Below are positions 15,523-28,838 of a stretch of DNA of 64,000 nt, piece by piece. Origin of the DNA: the human T2T-CHM13v2.0 reference genome, Homo sapiens. The notes beneath the pieces are model-generated. The model saw only the letters and a list, made by a program, of their open reading frames with translations, was not told the DNA's origin and did no database searches. How positions within the stretch are numbered: position 1 is the stretch's first letter; every line of letters starts with the position of its first letter. Location of the stretch: the NCBI RefSeq assembly GCF_009914755.1, contig NC_060929.1; one strand, written 5' to 3'. Position numbers and translations under genes: made by a program.

Positions 15523-18500
15523 TAAAATATCTGGCAATACATTTAACGAAGAAGGGGAAAGATCTTTACAAGGAGAACTACAAAACACTGATGAAAGAAA
15601 TTGTAGATGATACAAATAGAAATGGCCTAATGTGTATGAGCCTAGGGCTTCTGGGGAGGGACTCTCTATCATGCCTTCTGTCCCAGGATGTCAAAGCCAA
15701 AAGGATCAAGGTCCCCTGAAATAAAATCACTGAAAAGGTATGTTCTCTTATATGTTATTTAAAAATTTTATCTGATGCCACCAAAGAATGACAGCAGTTT
15801 CTAACCAACTTCATATTTATAGCATCATATTAAGGTATTATAAGGCTTAGCATATTTTGCCCTGGTTTTCTTTGTAATGTAGGTTGAAAGGGAGACATGT
15901 TTGAGTGCTTTTGTACGTAACTATCTCCCATGCTTTTTCTATCTCTTCTTGGTCTATATTTACTAAAAATTGATATAAAAAAACAGTTCACTAATGAGCT
16001 CTTCATATTATTGAACACTCACAAGGTAATATTGATTTGGGTGCTACCAGACTTTTAACTAACATTAGTTTTTCTCAATAGTTCTTGTAAAGGACAGCAT
16101 TCAATCCAGTAAATATTAAAGTGTACTAGTTTAAGGAAGGTTATTTATATACTGTCATACCACAAAGCAATGATGGAAAGAACATCTGTGTTCACCAGAA
16201 CGTACTTTCTTCCTTTGGCTGTGAATAAATTGGATAGGACTATTTTATTCTAAGTTCTGGCTATTGGGAGATATGGGGATAAGATTGACATTGCTGTCGC
16301 AGTATTGCAAAAACATGACTAATTTGGTTAATTATGTCTACCATTTATGTTTAAGAGATCCTTTCACTAACTTAAATTGTTAACTTTTAATTTCACTAAC
16401 TTAAGTTGTTGTGATATTGAGAAAGAATTTTAACCTAAACAGTCACTTTACAACAATCATGTAAAGACGAGTGTGCCTGCAGTTGAGGTTTTTTTGCATT
16501 TCTGAGCCCACTTTGTATTCATGAGAAACAAAAACATAATGGGAGAAAAGTTTTAAATAACCAGTATTGTAAGTTTTCATAAAGTTTGGGACTTCAAAGT
16601 ATTAACGAAGGATACTGAAAACATACTGGACTTTTACTTTGGTCAAATTACTTTCTATGATCTGATTTCTTAATTTTCTGTATTTGAAGTCTTGCCAATT
16701 AGGAATATCTATATCTATATATAAATAGATAACTAAAACTTAATGGTAAAAATAAGTGTAATTCAGTAAAATGATTCAACAGTTTTTATTTTTAGAATAA
16801 GTTATCGCTTATTGCATTGATATCATATTTATATATTGCCTTGCAATGCTAAATGCTCTAAAAAGAATATTTAGGCTACTTCCATTCTATGACCTTCTTC
16901 CCCCTCCCCCAGGATATACAAAAGATCTTATATTAACTAATTCTCTATGTGAATTTTGCCATATCAAACATTGTGCCTTATTTTATTAAAACTGTTTTGT
17001 TGGAATCCAATTCTGTATTAAAGTCTCTATAATGTTAAAAAAAAAAAAAGAAAAGAAAAACATCTCATGCTCATAGATTGGAAGAATCCATATCATTAAA
17101 ATAACCATATTGCCCGGAGAAATCTACAAATTCAACACAATTTCTATCAAATCACCTATGTCAGCGTCACATAATTAGAAAAAAACAATTCTAAAATTCA
17201 TATGGAACCAAAAAAGAGCCCAAATAGCCAAAGCCATTCTAACAACAACAAGAAAAACAAAGCCAGAGGCATCACATTACCTGACTCAAAAAAAGTTACT
17301 ATAAAAAGTTATACTAATTAAATCAGCATGGTACTGGTACAAAAATAGACACACAGATCAATGGAACAGAATAGAGAACCCCAAAATAAAGCCACATACC
17401 TACAACAACTGATCTTCAACAAAGTTGACAAAAATAATGGGGAAATACCCTACTCAATAAATGGTGCTGGGGAAATTGACTGGCCATATGAAAAAGAATG
17501 AACTGGCCCCCTATCTCTCACCACATTCAAAAATTAACTCAAGATGGAATAAAGACTTAATAAGACCTGAGAGTTCAAAAATCCTAGAAGTAAACCTAGA
17601 AAAAAACTTTTCTGGACTTTGGCATAGGAAGAGAATTTATAACAAAGACCCCAAAAGCAAATGCAACAAAAACAAAATAGACAAATGAGCCTTAATTAAA
17701 CTAAGAAGCTTCTGCATAGCAAAAGAAATAATCAACCAAATAAACAGGCAACCTACAGAATGTGAGAAAATATTAGCAAATTATGCCTCCAGCAAAAGAC
17801 TAACATCCAGCATCTACAAGGAACTCAAACAAGAAAAAAAAACGAACAACTCCATTAAAAAATGAGCAAAGGATATGAACAGACAGTTCTGAAAAGAAGA
17901 CATACAAGCAGCCAACAAACACATGAAAAAAATGTTTAACATCACTAATTATCAGACAGATGCAAATTAAAACACAATGAGATATCATCGTACACTAGTT
18001 AGAGTAGCTATTAATAGAAAGTCAAAAAACAACAAATGTTGGCATGAATATGGAAGAAACGAAATACTTATACACTGTTGGTGGAAATGTAAATTAGTTC
18101 AACCTCTATGGAAAACAGTATGGAGATTTCTCAGTGAATTACAGAAAGAACTACCACTTGACCCAGCAATCCCATTACTGGGTATCTACCCAAATGAAAA
18201 GAAATAATTATATTAAAAAGATACCTCCATGTCACAGCAGGTATATATTTATCACAGCACTATTCACAACAGCAAAGTCATGGAACCATGGTAAGTGTCC
18301 ATCAATAGTTGATTGGATAAAAAAAAAAGTAAGATATATATTTATGTGTATGGTATCTTTTATGGCCGTATGGTATTTATATGGTATAGCCCCATCTCAA
18401 AATACAATACAGCCATAAAAAAAAATAATAAAATTATGTCATTTGCAGCAACATTAGTAGAGCTGGAAGCCATTATCATATGTAACGTAACTCAGAAGCA

Positions 18501-18757
18501 GAAAATCAAATACTGCATGTTTTCACTTGTAAGTGGAAGCTTATAAATTGGTACATATGGACATAAAGATGGAAATAGTGGACACTAGAGACTCCAAAAG
18601 TGGGGAGGAGTGAGGGTTGAATAATTGGGTACAATGTTTGCTATTATGGGGATTGATACACTAGAAGCCTAATCCCCACCATTATGCAATATACCCAGGT
18701 AAAAACTCTGCACATGTACTCCCTGAGCCTAAAATAAAATTAAATGGAAAAAATAAA
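15521..18757 (+). mobile_element. Sense 3' part of the old L1 (L1PA15/16-like), interrupted by a retrocopy
   Basis: Degenerate ORF2 peptides (IKYLAIHLTK..DLYKENYKTLMKEI; [19 protein letters not shown]) and 3'UTR ending cacatgtactccctgagcctaaaataaaat. Confidence 0.88.
15626..17049 (+). pseudogene. 5'-truncated processed retrocopy (3'UTR-like) of an unidentified mRNA
   Basis: 1.4 kb of non-L1 AU-rich sequence splitting contiguous L1 (aaatgg / aaaaacatctcatgctc); ATTAAA at 17017-17022 followed by poly(A) from 17037. Confidence 0.72.
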
Positions 18758-19739
18758 AATAGTAATAGCGATGCTGTTTTAAGGATGAATCTGAGCCTAA
18801 ATTATACTTAGCATAAAAAAAAAAGTAGCATGATTAGTTTGTAATGTCTGCCATGTCTGTGGGTGGGAAATCTATTCATCACTCTGACAGTCTGTATATT
18901 TTGATCCCTGAGTTATATTTTACACTCTGATTAAAAATACTTTTAAAATCCAACCTGTCCTAATCCAGGGAGTCCAATCTTCTTTACTTCATAGTTTATT
19001 GTTGAGTTTCAGTGTTCTAAAATGCTGACATTTTTCTTCTTCATTTTTAATAATCATCTTTACCATCCTAAATAGTAATATTTTCTCAGCATGAAAAAGA
19101 CTGTCAATAAAAAGTGACTAAAATTCTGAAAGCAATTGCAACTTTTAGGCCGAATTATGTTTTGGATTATCTGTTAACTTTATTTTCTTATTCTAAACTG
19201 ACTCCCATTAGTGTGGAAAACAAAATAAATTTTTCAGTCAGCATTATTTCTTCACAATCTTTTAAAGTTATTTCCCTTGACAGGTTTTTATTCCTAAGAT
19301 TTATCTATATATAATAAGTTACAATAATATAGAAAGTTTTAGTATAATCATAATAAAAATGTGGATATATGAAAAGTATATTTAGTAGTAAGGAACATTC
19401 TCAGGTAAGTTTAATTATTTTAGCAGCCAAAGAATCTGCCTTTTTAAGCTGAACTCAGAACAGGAAATGTATTACATAAAGCACAATCTAATTGGGTATT
19501 CAGTGTGAATAACTTCATTAAGACTTCAGGATAAAGATATTATTTTCAAGCAGGGTCAGAGGGATAAATTAGGTAACAAAGAAAGTCATTAACTGGAAGT
19601 AGCCCTCTTAACTTACTTTAATCATAATTATTGTTAATAAAACCACCTAATCTACAAGATTAATTTCTCATAATCAATTAGGCTAGCAAAAAAAAGGTTT
19701 ATTAGGAGGTCAGGCATCTAAAGATTAACATCTTTCAAA

Positions 19740-20640
19740 TAATTATTCAGCAAATATTTATTTAATACCAACTATATGCAAGGTACTGTGGAGAATACAA
19801 AGAGTGATAAAACACACTATCTATCCTCAAGACACTTAAGGTTACAGCAAAAGCCATAAAATTTATAAAAGAATATCTTTTATGATTTTCTACTTAGGTG
19901 AATAATGCCAAAAACTGGCAGAGCTACAGAAGTTCTGAGGGAAGTTAGAATATTCTTCATGGAGACGGTAGCTCTTGAAAAGCCTGAGAAACATGGATAG
20001 AAATTACTAGTGGAAAAGTGAAGGAAGTCGGCTTCCAGATAGAAATAAAATTATTCACAAGGATATAGAAACAGAAAGATGTGAGAAAGATCTGAGTTAA
20101 TTTGGCTGGAGCCTATGATTAATAAAGGAGCACAGTAGAAGGTAATATAAGGAAGTTTTGGGCCAGGCGCGGGGGCTCACGCCTGTAATCCCAGCACTTT
20201 GGGAGGCCGAAGCGGGTGGATCACGAGGTCAGGAGATCGAGACCATCCTGGCGAACACTGTGAAACCCCGTCTCTACTAAAAATATAAAAAATTAGCCAG
20301 GCGTGGTGGTGCATGCCTGTAGTCCCAGCTACTCAGGAGGCTGCAGCAGGAGAATGGCGTGAACCCAGGAGGCAGAGATTGCAGTGAGCCGAGATTGCGC
20401 CACTGCACTCCAGCCTGGGCAACAGAGCAAGACTCCATCTCAAAAGAAAAAAAAAAAGAAAGTTTTGATGCAAATTATGATAATGCTTTATACATCTAAA
20501 TTACATCTTATTTAAGAGACATTAAGAAAGAAGCCAATAAGAAATTTTGAGTAATAGAGTTGCAATGATCATAACTGTGCCTCAAGATAATGGCACAGTC
20601 AGGTAGTGGAGGTACAAGAAGCAGGGACTTCTGGTAAGAG
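19740..20640. mobile_element. L2 relic (interrupted by AluY)
   Basis: attcagcaaatatttatttaataccaactatatgcaaggtactgtg L2 3'-end pattern. Confidence 0.55.
20161..20457 (+). mobile_element. AluY
   Basis: gatcgagaccatcctggc and gagaatggcgtgaaccc diagnostics; TSD aag(g/a)aagttttg. Confidence 0.95.
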
Positions 20641-20767
20641 GCTTTCATAAGAGATTGAAGGAGACAAAATTAGTGCTTGAGTTAGAAAAATGACATGCAG
20701 AAACTGAAGACAAGGTAGTTCTCATCATATATCATTATCAATAAGAAAAAATATTTTTAGTCCTCTT

Positions 20768-21341
20768 TGGTAGGTAGAACAAGAAGATGGCCCCTAAGAT
20801 TTTTGCCCTCTAGCTCTTTATCATCCCCAAGACAGTGAATATGATGAAACTTTTCTCTTGTGCTTCAGTTATTATACAAGGCACAATTTTAGAATGGGAA
20901 ATTGTGTTTGGTGGGCCTGACCTAATCAGTTGAGCCCTCAAAAGAGATGGGGCTATTCCCACGGCAAGAGATTCAATTGTGCGAGGGTTGTGATACCAGG
21001 GATACCTTCTATTGTGGTACATGAAGGAAAAAACGTCATAGGGTCATGAATATAAGTGACTCTAAGAGCTAAGAATGGCTTGTGGCTGCTGCCAGATGGC
21101 AATGTGCTACAACCACAGTCCCACAGCCACAGGGAACTGAATTTGGCTAACAACCTGAATCAGCTTGAATGCTGATTCTTACGCAGAGCTCCCGGAATGG
21201 AATACAGGATAACCAAAACTCTGATTTCAATCTGAGCAAGGAATTTAGCCACACCACACCTGTACTTCTGAGATAATAAATAGTTGTTTGTTTAAGCCAC
21301 AAAGTGTTTGGCAGTTTTTAATGCACTAGAAAACTAACACA
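20768..21341 (+). mobile_element. MaLR solo LTR (MLT1D/E-like)
   Basis: ggtgggcctgacctaatca internal motif; 3' end tgtttaagccacaaagtgtttggcag...agaaaactaacaca. Confidence 0.75.
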
Positions 21342-22509
21342 CCCTGAGAAATAATTAAAATATCCCATAATGTAAAGTAGGAAGTGTTATATACTAAGAA
21401 AAGCTGCATACACAAAAAAATCTCAGTATGAAAGTTGATTAATCCTAAACTAGACCTCTTGGAAACGTGGAAATTGGAAATTCTCACCTCTTTGTAATGT
21501 GCTGCAAAATAAAAATTCATCTGTTTGCTTTGAGAATATTTTGCCCTTCTTTTCTTAAAAAATAGCTTCTTTTTTTTAAGTTAATGTGATTGTCGTTATG
21601 TGTTTTGTTGGTTTTGATGTAGATTTACAAAGTCAAAACTTAACAAAAGGTGAAGTAGACTATATTGTCTCTTGTGCACTCACTTTTATTTAAATCTTCT
21701 TTCCTAAGATTCCCTGAGGGCTATGGCCCAACAAGCCTGAGCATCACAAAGTGGTACCCATACTAGTGCCCCAACCCGGAATCTCCTCCTCAAAATATCC
21801 CCTAGTAGATTTGGCCTGTACTTTTCTCTTTTCCCAAGATCTGCAACTCTTTCTGGCAATCATATCTAATCAGTGCTAAAATGTGAAAGTTTTATTCTTC
21901 AAATGAATATATTCAATTAATAAGAGCTTTGTGGAGAAAATGACTTTACTTTGACTATGTAAATGATTTTAATATTTAAGAGGAGAGACCAAAATCACTG
22001 GACGGTTAAAAAAAAAATACATAAGAGGATATGGATTATTTGATGACAGGGTATCTAAATTTACTTGCTTGTCTTTGAATAGAAGCCTTCATGGTCATTC
22101 TACTTGTCAGTAGATACCTTTAATAGAGTATTTCTTCATCAACATATGAAATAACTTAACAATAAATAGGTCTTCTGATGTCTGAATTACAATCTCTGAA
22201 TGGAAAAAATGTTTTTTCCTAATCATGGCATCTCTGTGGTAAATGATAATGAAACTAAGGTTTTAATGCTATTTAATGGGGAAAATCCTTGTATTATAAA
22301 CTACAAAACATTATAAAGGTAGTGAAAAATGTAAATTCTATTTAGATGAATAATAATCTAGTTAGGAAACTAGAAAAAACAAACAAAAATGCATTTTTAA
22401 CACCAGTGACAGTTATTAACATACAAATATAGCAATTGCTGGTCAGGAATGTACAAAAATATAAAGTATTTTATTCATCCATGGACTTGTGTGTCTACTC
22501 TACTAGATA

Positions 22510-22879
22510 GTCCTTCCTTCAGTGAACTGTGAGGAAGAATCAGTTCCATGCCTCTCACCTAGTTTGTAGTAATTTTCTGGTGGTCTTTGACATTCCTTGG
22601 CTTGTAGAAACATCACACTGATCTCTGCCTTGGTCTTCATGTGGCATTCTCTCTCAGTTTGTGTGGGTGAGTTTGTATGTGTATATAACAAAAAAATTTC
22701 TATTTTTTCATAAGGACATTAGCCTTATTGCATTGGAGGCCCACTCTACTTCGACATAACCTCATTTTAACTGATCACATCTGCAATGGCCCCATTTCCT
22801 CATATGATCACATGCTGAGGTACTGGGCATTAGGATTTTAACATATGAATTTGGGGAGGACATGATGCAACCCATAACA
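22510..22879 (-). mobile_element. MaLR solo LTR (MLT1C-like)
   Basis: cattccttggcttgtag...catctgcaatg...tgaggtactggg...caacccataaca. Confidence 0.8.
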
Positions 22880-24224
22880 CACAGGAAACACATGCCCGAA
22901 TGACATGGATTCTGCTCTCTCTAAATGAATTTGCAATCAAGAGGAGAACAAAACACAGGCAAATACATGCAATTTACTGAGGTAAATGTCATTAAGAAAT
23001 CTGGAAGAAATACTTATGAGAACAGACAAAAAGAGATGTCAATGAAAATGATTAATATGAATGAGTATCATGCCACAGAAGACATATCATTTAAACTTCT
23101 TTTCAAAGAACAAAATAGTCACAAAAAGAGAAAGAGAAAAGGGTATTTCAAACACAGGAAAACAACATACGCAAATAAAAAGAGGTAGTTATCTCTGAGT
23201 AGCTCAGAACAACAGCCAGTCTAGGAACTATGGGGTATTGCAGGGTGCAGGTGGCAAAAGGCAAGACTAAAGGAAGTTGGTGTTCATTTGCTGAGGAATC
23301 TTGAGAGACATCCTAAAAAACTTTCAATGTATCCAGCATAACAACTATCCCAATGTTGGGATTTGATGGAAGACCATCAGATATTTTTCAGTGAGAGAAT
23401 TACAACTTCCCACCTGTATTTTATTTTAAAGTTTCAGAGAATGAAGGACAAAGGGCACAAAGAGATCAGGGGAGTTGTTTTTAACTGGAATTACAAGAGC
23501 TAGAAACGACACTGGTCTAAAATTTTCCACGTTTCATTTTGGTTTACATTAATATGATTTTTGATGTCTACATTTCTAAGGGATTAGGTACATTAGCTAT
23601 GTCCCCACAAATTACTTATTAATAAAGTATAAAGTACTATTGCATCAGGTTCTAATCCGCCTAATTGTGCTATGATGGGGGCAAGGGGTGTGTGCTGGAA
23701 GGTTTCACAGTGTCTTAATGGCAAATTAAATGCTTTCAAATTCATGATTTTTGCAAAGTTTTCACACACCAAAAATCATGCAAATATATTCAACACGTAG
23801 TCAGTAATAAGTTGGGGGTGGTGGGGAGTGCACAACTGAACCACAGTGAGTAGCTCAGGAGATCAGCACCCTAGGGCGGGGCTGGGGAAGTGTTGCTGCT
23901 CTTTGCCCAACAGAGCTTCCAACAACTGATACTGGTGATAAAGAGGCCTCAGACTTCTCATGGGCAGAGCTTCTGCAGGTGCCTTGGCCACAGTTTCTTT
24001 GTGGTTTTTATGGCCCCCGACAGCAGTGGCTCTAGACATTATCTCTACTGCCTTTTGGCTTCACTTTCTTGTCAGGCCACAGCAAGTGTTCTCTTATCCC
24101 CTTTGTACACTATACATATGCTTATCTCTTTGAGGGGTCAGCAATTTCACTGTAGGCTGAGTCACTTGTCATAAGTGACTTCATTTTGAGTCACTTAAGA
24201 TTATAAAATATTATTATATATCAA

Positions 24225-24770
24225 ATACTCACTTTACAGTGGAGAAACTGGCAGATACCACCTTGACAAAGTGATGAAAGTTAACATCATGTATCATTTA
24301 TCATTATATTGCCTCTGATGCAGTTCACTGAGAAAATATCACTTTTGCAGTATTCCTGCCAAAACTCTATAACCTGATCTAATCAAAAGGAAACATATCA
24401 GACAAGTTCAAACTGAGGAATGTTCTACAAAACAACTAACCTGTACTTTAACTGTAAAGTCAATATCTTGAAAGACAAATGGAGCTAAAGAACTATCCCA
24501 AAATAAAGGAGATAAAAGAGGCAATGATAGTCAAACAGGTGTGTGATCCTGGATTTGGTGATTGAGCAGGAAAAGCAAAAGCTATTGAGATAATTTCAAA
24601 GTTTGAATATGGATTGCACATCAGGAAATTGTATTATATTTGTGTTAAATTGTCTGACTTTGATAATTACAAAACAATAACCTGCTTTTATAAAATACAG
24701 CCAGAAGTAAAAGGACATGATGTCACTCTCAAGTGATTCAGAAAAAAATACAGATCTATTATACGTATAA
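24225..24770 (+). mobile_element. Old L1M (L1MC/ME) 3'UTR fragment
   Basis: actttacagtggagaaactggcagataccacctt...aaactgaggaatgttctacaaaacaact motifs. Confidence 0.7.
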
Positions 24771-26319
24771 AGTACCACTCAGCTCTTGCATTTTGTGATT
24801 GTTTTTGCTGTTATACTTTGCTAGAATGTAATAAATACATGTACATTAGGTGTTCCATGGGTACTTTGCATACTCTAGAATCTTAGATAGTTATACCACC
24901 TCTTTGAGTGGCTGAAGCTTCCCTCATCTACCCAACCTCCCTCCTGACTAATTATTAACCTCTTTTATCTATTATTATACCTCACACATATGATATGTTG
25001 ATCATATTTCATATTAAGCATTTGCACATCCATTTCATTCTCTAGACTACTATCACCTTGAAAATGGATTCCACATTTCAGGTAACTTTGTATCACCACT
25101 ACCTAAAATAAGCCTGGAATACAACCAGTAACTGATTTTGAAATGAATTAAGGAATGAGTAGAACTACGTATGATTTTTAGTAATAATTATAATTGAAAT
25201 TCTTGATCCAATATTTGTCTAGACATGCATATCTTCATTCCAAAACTGTAGGTTAAGGATGTTACTGTAAGTGAAATTTAGTAGACTGAAAATAGATGCT
25301 TATGTCTTCTCGTTATTCTACCTTTGGTAAATAAATGTATTTAAAGCCTATCATTCCTAAAGGAACTCACTTAACTTCAGCAAGTATTATCCTATCAAAT
25401 AAAAGAGATCCAATATTTTTAAAAACATCCAAGCCAGGACTACTTCATAACATGATAAAGATTATATTGACAGTAAAATTACTTGGCTCCAGTTGGTTAA
25501 ATATGGCTGGTTACTTTTTCGGTTAGACTAAATAAGAAAATCCACATGCACCTAGAATATGTTTCCAATTATGCTCTTGGAAATCTGATCAAATGATTTA
25601 TAAAATCCATGAATTGGAGCTTTCTTTCTTGACATGAGTCCTCAATTTCCTCAAAGCTAGAATGATGGAATGTAATTATTCTGCTTTGCTACTCTGACAA
25701 GGAATGCATTCAATCATCAATTAGGAATTAGCACATGTATAGTTTCAATTATATTGATTAATCACCAGCAACTTTTTAATACAAAATTTAGTTACAGTCT
25801 ATCATGCCTTGATAATTAAAATGCACTTTGGTTTGTTGTTTCTTACTGACTTGTAGAAAAACAAGTAAAGTCATAAAATCTTCTTGCATTGTATGTTATT
25901 TATTTCTACTAATCATGAGTGAGAGTTTGCCTATATTTAGAACATTATAAAATCTAGACAAATATTATCACTATCATTACCACTTCCACCTCCATTTATC
26001 ATTTTTCTACTATAGCATAATTATGAGGAACATCTTCCTAAACTACATCATGGATAGGAAAACATAACTCTTGCAAAAATTCAGTTTGCCTTTAAGATAA
26101 GAAGCATAGCATGGGAAAAATTTGGACACTTTAAAGCAAGTCTTCACAGTTTCAGTCTTCTGTTTGTGTACTTGTTCCCTTCCCTTTGATAGTAACCACC
26201 ATACACCCAACTCAGGACACGTATAGGGTTGCTCTACTAATCTTTACTACAAGTAAAAGTGGGAAAAGATCTGAATTCACTCATTATGTCTGCTGATTTA
26301 CCGAATATACTTGAGATAT

Positions 26320-26570
26320 GAGGATAATACCAGCAGTTGCACATTACTGAGCAATAAGTATGTGCCAGGGTCCTAGTCAAATTCTTCACATCTGTCGACA
26401 ATTTAATTTTCACACTTTCAAGTAGGTATCAGGCTCATCCATATTTTGCAGAAGAAGAAGCTGAGGTTCAAGAGGTGAGATATATGGTTCGACTTTACCC
26501 AATTAGGAAGTAGCAGAGAGTAAACTCAAGGCCAGATCTGCCTTACTCCATAGCCCACACTTTTCAAATA
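26320..26570. mobile_element. MIR
   Basis: ttttgcagaagaagaagctgaggttcaagaggtgag core motif. Confidence 0.65.
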
Positions 26571-27559
26571 TATGTTTTATTGCCTTTTTAGGTGGATCAA
26601 GATTGCATAAAGGGAAAACAGGTGTTAACTCCAGGATGTGGGTATGGAAATACAGCAAGAGCAGAGGCTTGTATTAGTTGAACTCTAACAGTGGAGGAGT
26701 TCTACTCAGAACATGGTGGGTGTGGGCAGTAGCTATGAGATTAGAATGCATGTTGTGACTAATGAGGATTAAGTTTTATGTGGTATCAGATAAAATTTTC
26801 AGCACCACCAGTCGTGAAAGTGTTGAAGAAATAACAACAAAAAAGAGAAGAGCTATAAAATTTTAGCTTGGCTATGTAAAATTATAATCATCTGTTGTCC
26901 ATTCAAGCTTAATTACCATGTAGCACAACAGCAATTATGCATATCATTAAGTAGATGCTAGATTAACTTATGTACATTTTACTTGATCAAAGAAGTAAAG
27001 TGCAGTTAGCAGTATGTTCAAGCTTTACAGTTTGTGGCTCATGTAACAATAATCTACTCAAACTTTTAAAATACTAGGAGATATGTTGATTATGAAGCTT
27101 TACAATATCAAATTGGTTAATCAATTTTATAATCATATATAAACAGTGGAAATGCAGCTGTTAATCTGGCTATATGCTATGTACTCTGCTAAAATATTTC
27201 ACAGAAGGAAAATATCTTCCTTAATGGCAGAAGTGAAGTCTGGCAATTATCTTTAAAATTCAGCTTTTAACACCATTATCATTTTATTTTACCACCCAAA
27301 ATTTAGAATTTATTTTATCTAGAAAAATATAACTAAGTTAATTTTGATTAATGCTATCTGGAGGGTAGAGATTACTTTAGCTATATATACTTCTGTGTTT
27401 TAAAAGTTTGTCTTAATTTTTTAGCTTTATAATAAAATATTGAAGAACTGATATATCTGTGCTATTATCAATTGAATGAGGCATTACATTGGAGCAGATT
27501 AAACCTGTGAGCCCTGCAGAGCTTTCTGAGATTACATCTTCCTTCTGATGCTTCAAACT

Positions 27560-27725
27560 ATGTTCCCTTCATCTATCTGGACCTCAGTTTCCTCATCTAT
27601 AAAACGTGCATTAAGAATGGTACTGAATAGTACCTACTGCATAATGTCACTGGGAAGACTGCATGAGATAGCCCACTTAATGCACTCAACTATGTTCCTG
27701 ATACATTAAAAGTATTCAAAAAAAG
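27560..27725. mobile_element. MIR
   Basis: ggacctcagtttcctcatctataaaacg core motif. Confidence 0.7.
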
Positions 27726-28544
27726 GTCATCAACTGTTTATTGAGTGGCCCATTTTTCTATTTGTTTCTTTGACTTAATCATTTTTAGGGATGCCCATTT
27801 TACAAGTTAAAAACTGGTAATTGGCAGGTATTTATATAAAAATTCTTAATATATGGCTATTTGCAATAATTTTAAAAAAAATTTTTAGATGAAATCTGGC
27901 CATTTCAAAGCTACTACAAACTCTACTACCTGCTGCCCAAGCCCCAGATAAAGTCTGGCGACAGATTCCTGGTGCCACACTATTGAAGAGCCTTCAAAAA
28001 AGCAGTTTGGACTAGGGAAAGATAGAGAATCATATGGAGAACATGCTTTAATATAAGGTTAAAGGCACATTGGGCATTCTGGTAAAATATTTTTAAGAGA
28101 CGGAATACATGTCTTTATTACTTTTTTGCCTCAATTTTATTATTTGTAAACTGAATGACTTAATCTAAACTGATTTTTAAAGGCCATTCTTTCTCTTAAA
28201 GAACTAAGTGTCTAAGAAAAATCTGAAATTCCATGAACTGAAAGAAGAAAGACAGTTGTAGATTATTCCAGAGATCAGCATCAGGAAGAATTAATGAAGT
28301 TAGAGAGAGGCAGATTTTTTAATATGTTACAAAGTAGAACTTTCAGATAACCAAAAAAGAGAGTTAAGTAATCAACTATTAGGGATTTTTAAACACATGA
28401 GCAGGGATTTAAGTAGGCAAATGGAAAAGTAAGCTCTACCATCCCATCCAGCTTCCACCATTATTTACTCATGTTAAATAAAATATTTCTAGCATTTTCT
28501 ATAAATTTACTTGCAATAAGAGCTTTTTAAATTTGAGATCCTGG

Positions 28545-28838
28545 GGCCAGGCGCGGTGTCTCATGCCTGTAATCCCAGCACTTTGGGTGGCCAAGGCGGT
28601 GGATCACCTGAGGTCAGGAGTTTGAGACCAGCCTGGCAAACATGGTGAAACCCTGTCTCTACTAAAAATACAAAAATTAGCCGGGCATGGTGGTGTGTCC
28701 CTGAAGTCCCAGCTACTTGAGAGGCTGAGACAGGAGAATCACTTGAACCTGCGAGACGGAGGTTGCAGTGAGGATTTTGAGATCCCACCACTTTACTCCA
28801 GCCTGGGTAACAAAGTGAGACTGTCTCAAAAAAAAAAA
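28545..28838 (+). mobile_element. AluSx-type SINE
   Basis: Full dimer with A tail; atttgagatcc on both flanks (28531, 28841). Confidence 0.94.

Noticed and set aside
28774-28785. ttttgagatcc inside the Alu, resembling its own TSD
   Set aside because: Overlaps the native Alu gagatc motif; too short to distinguish from chance
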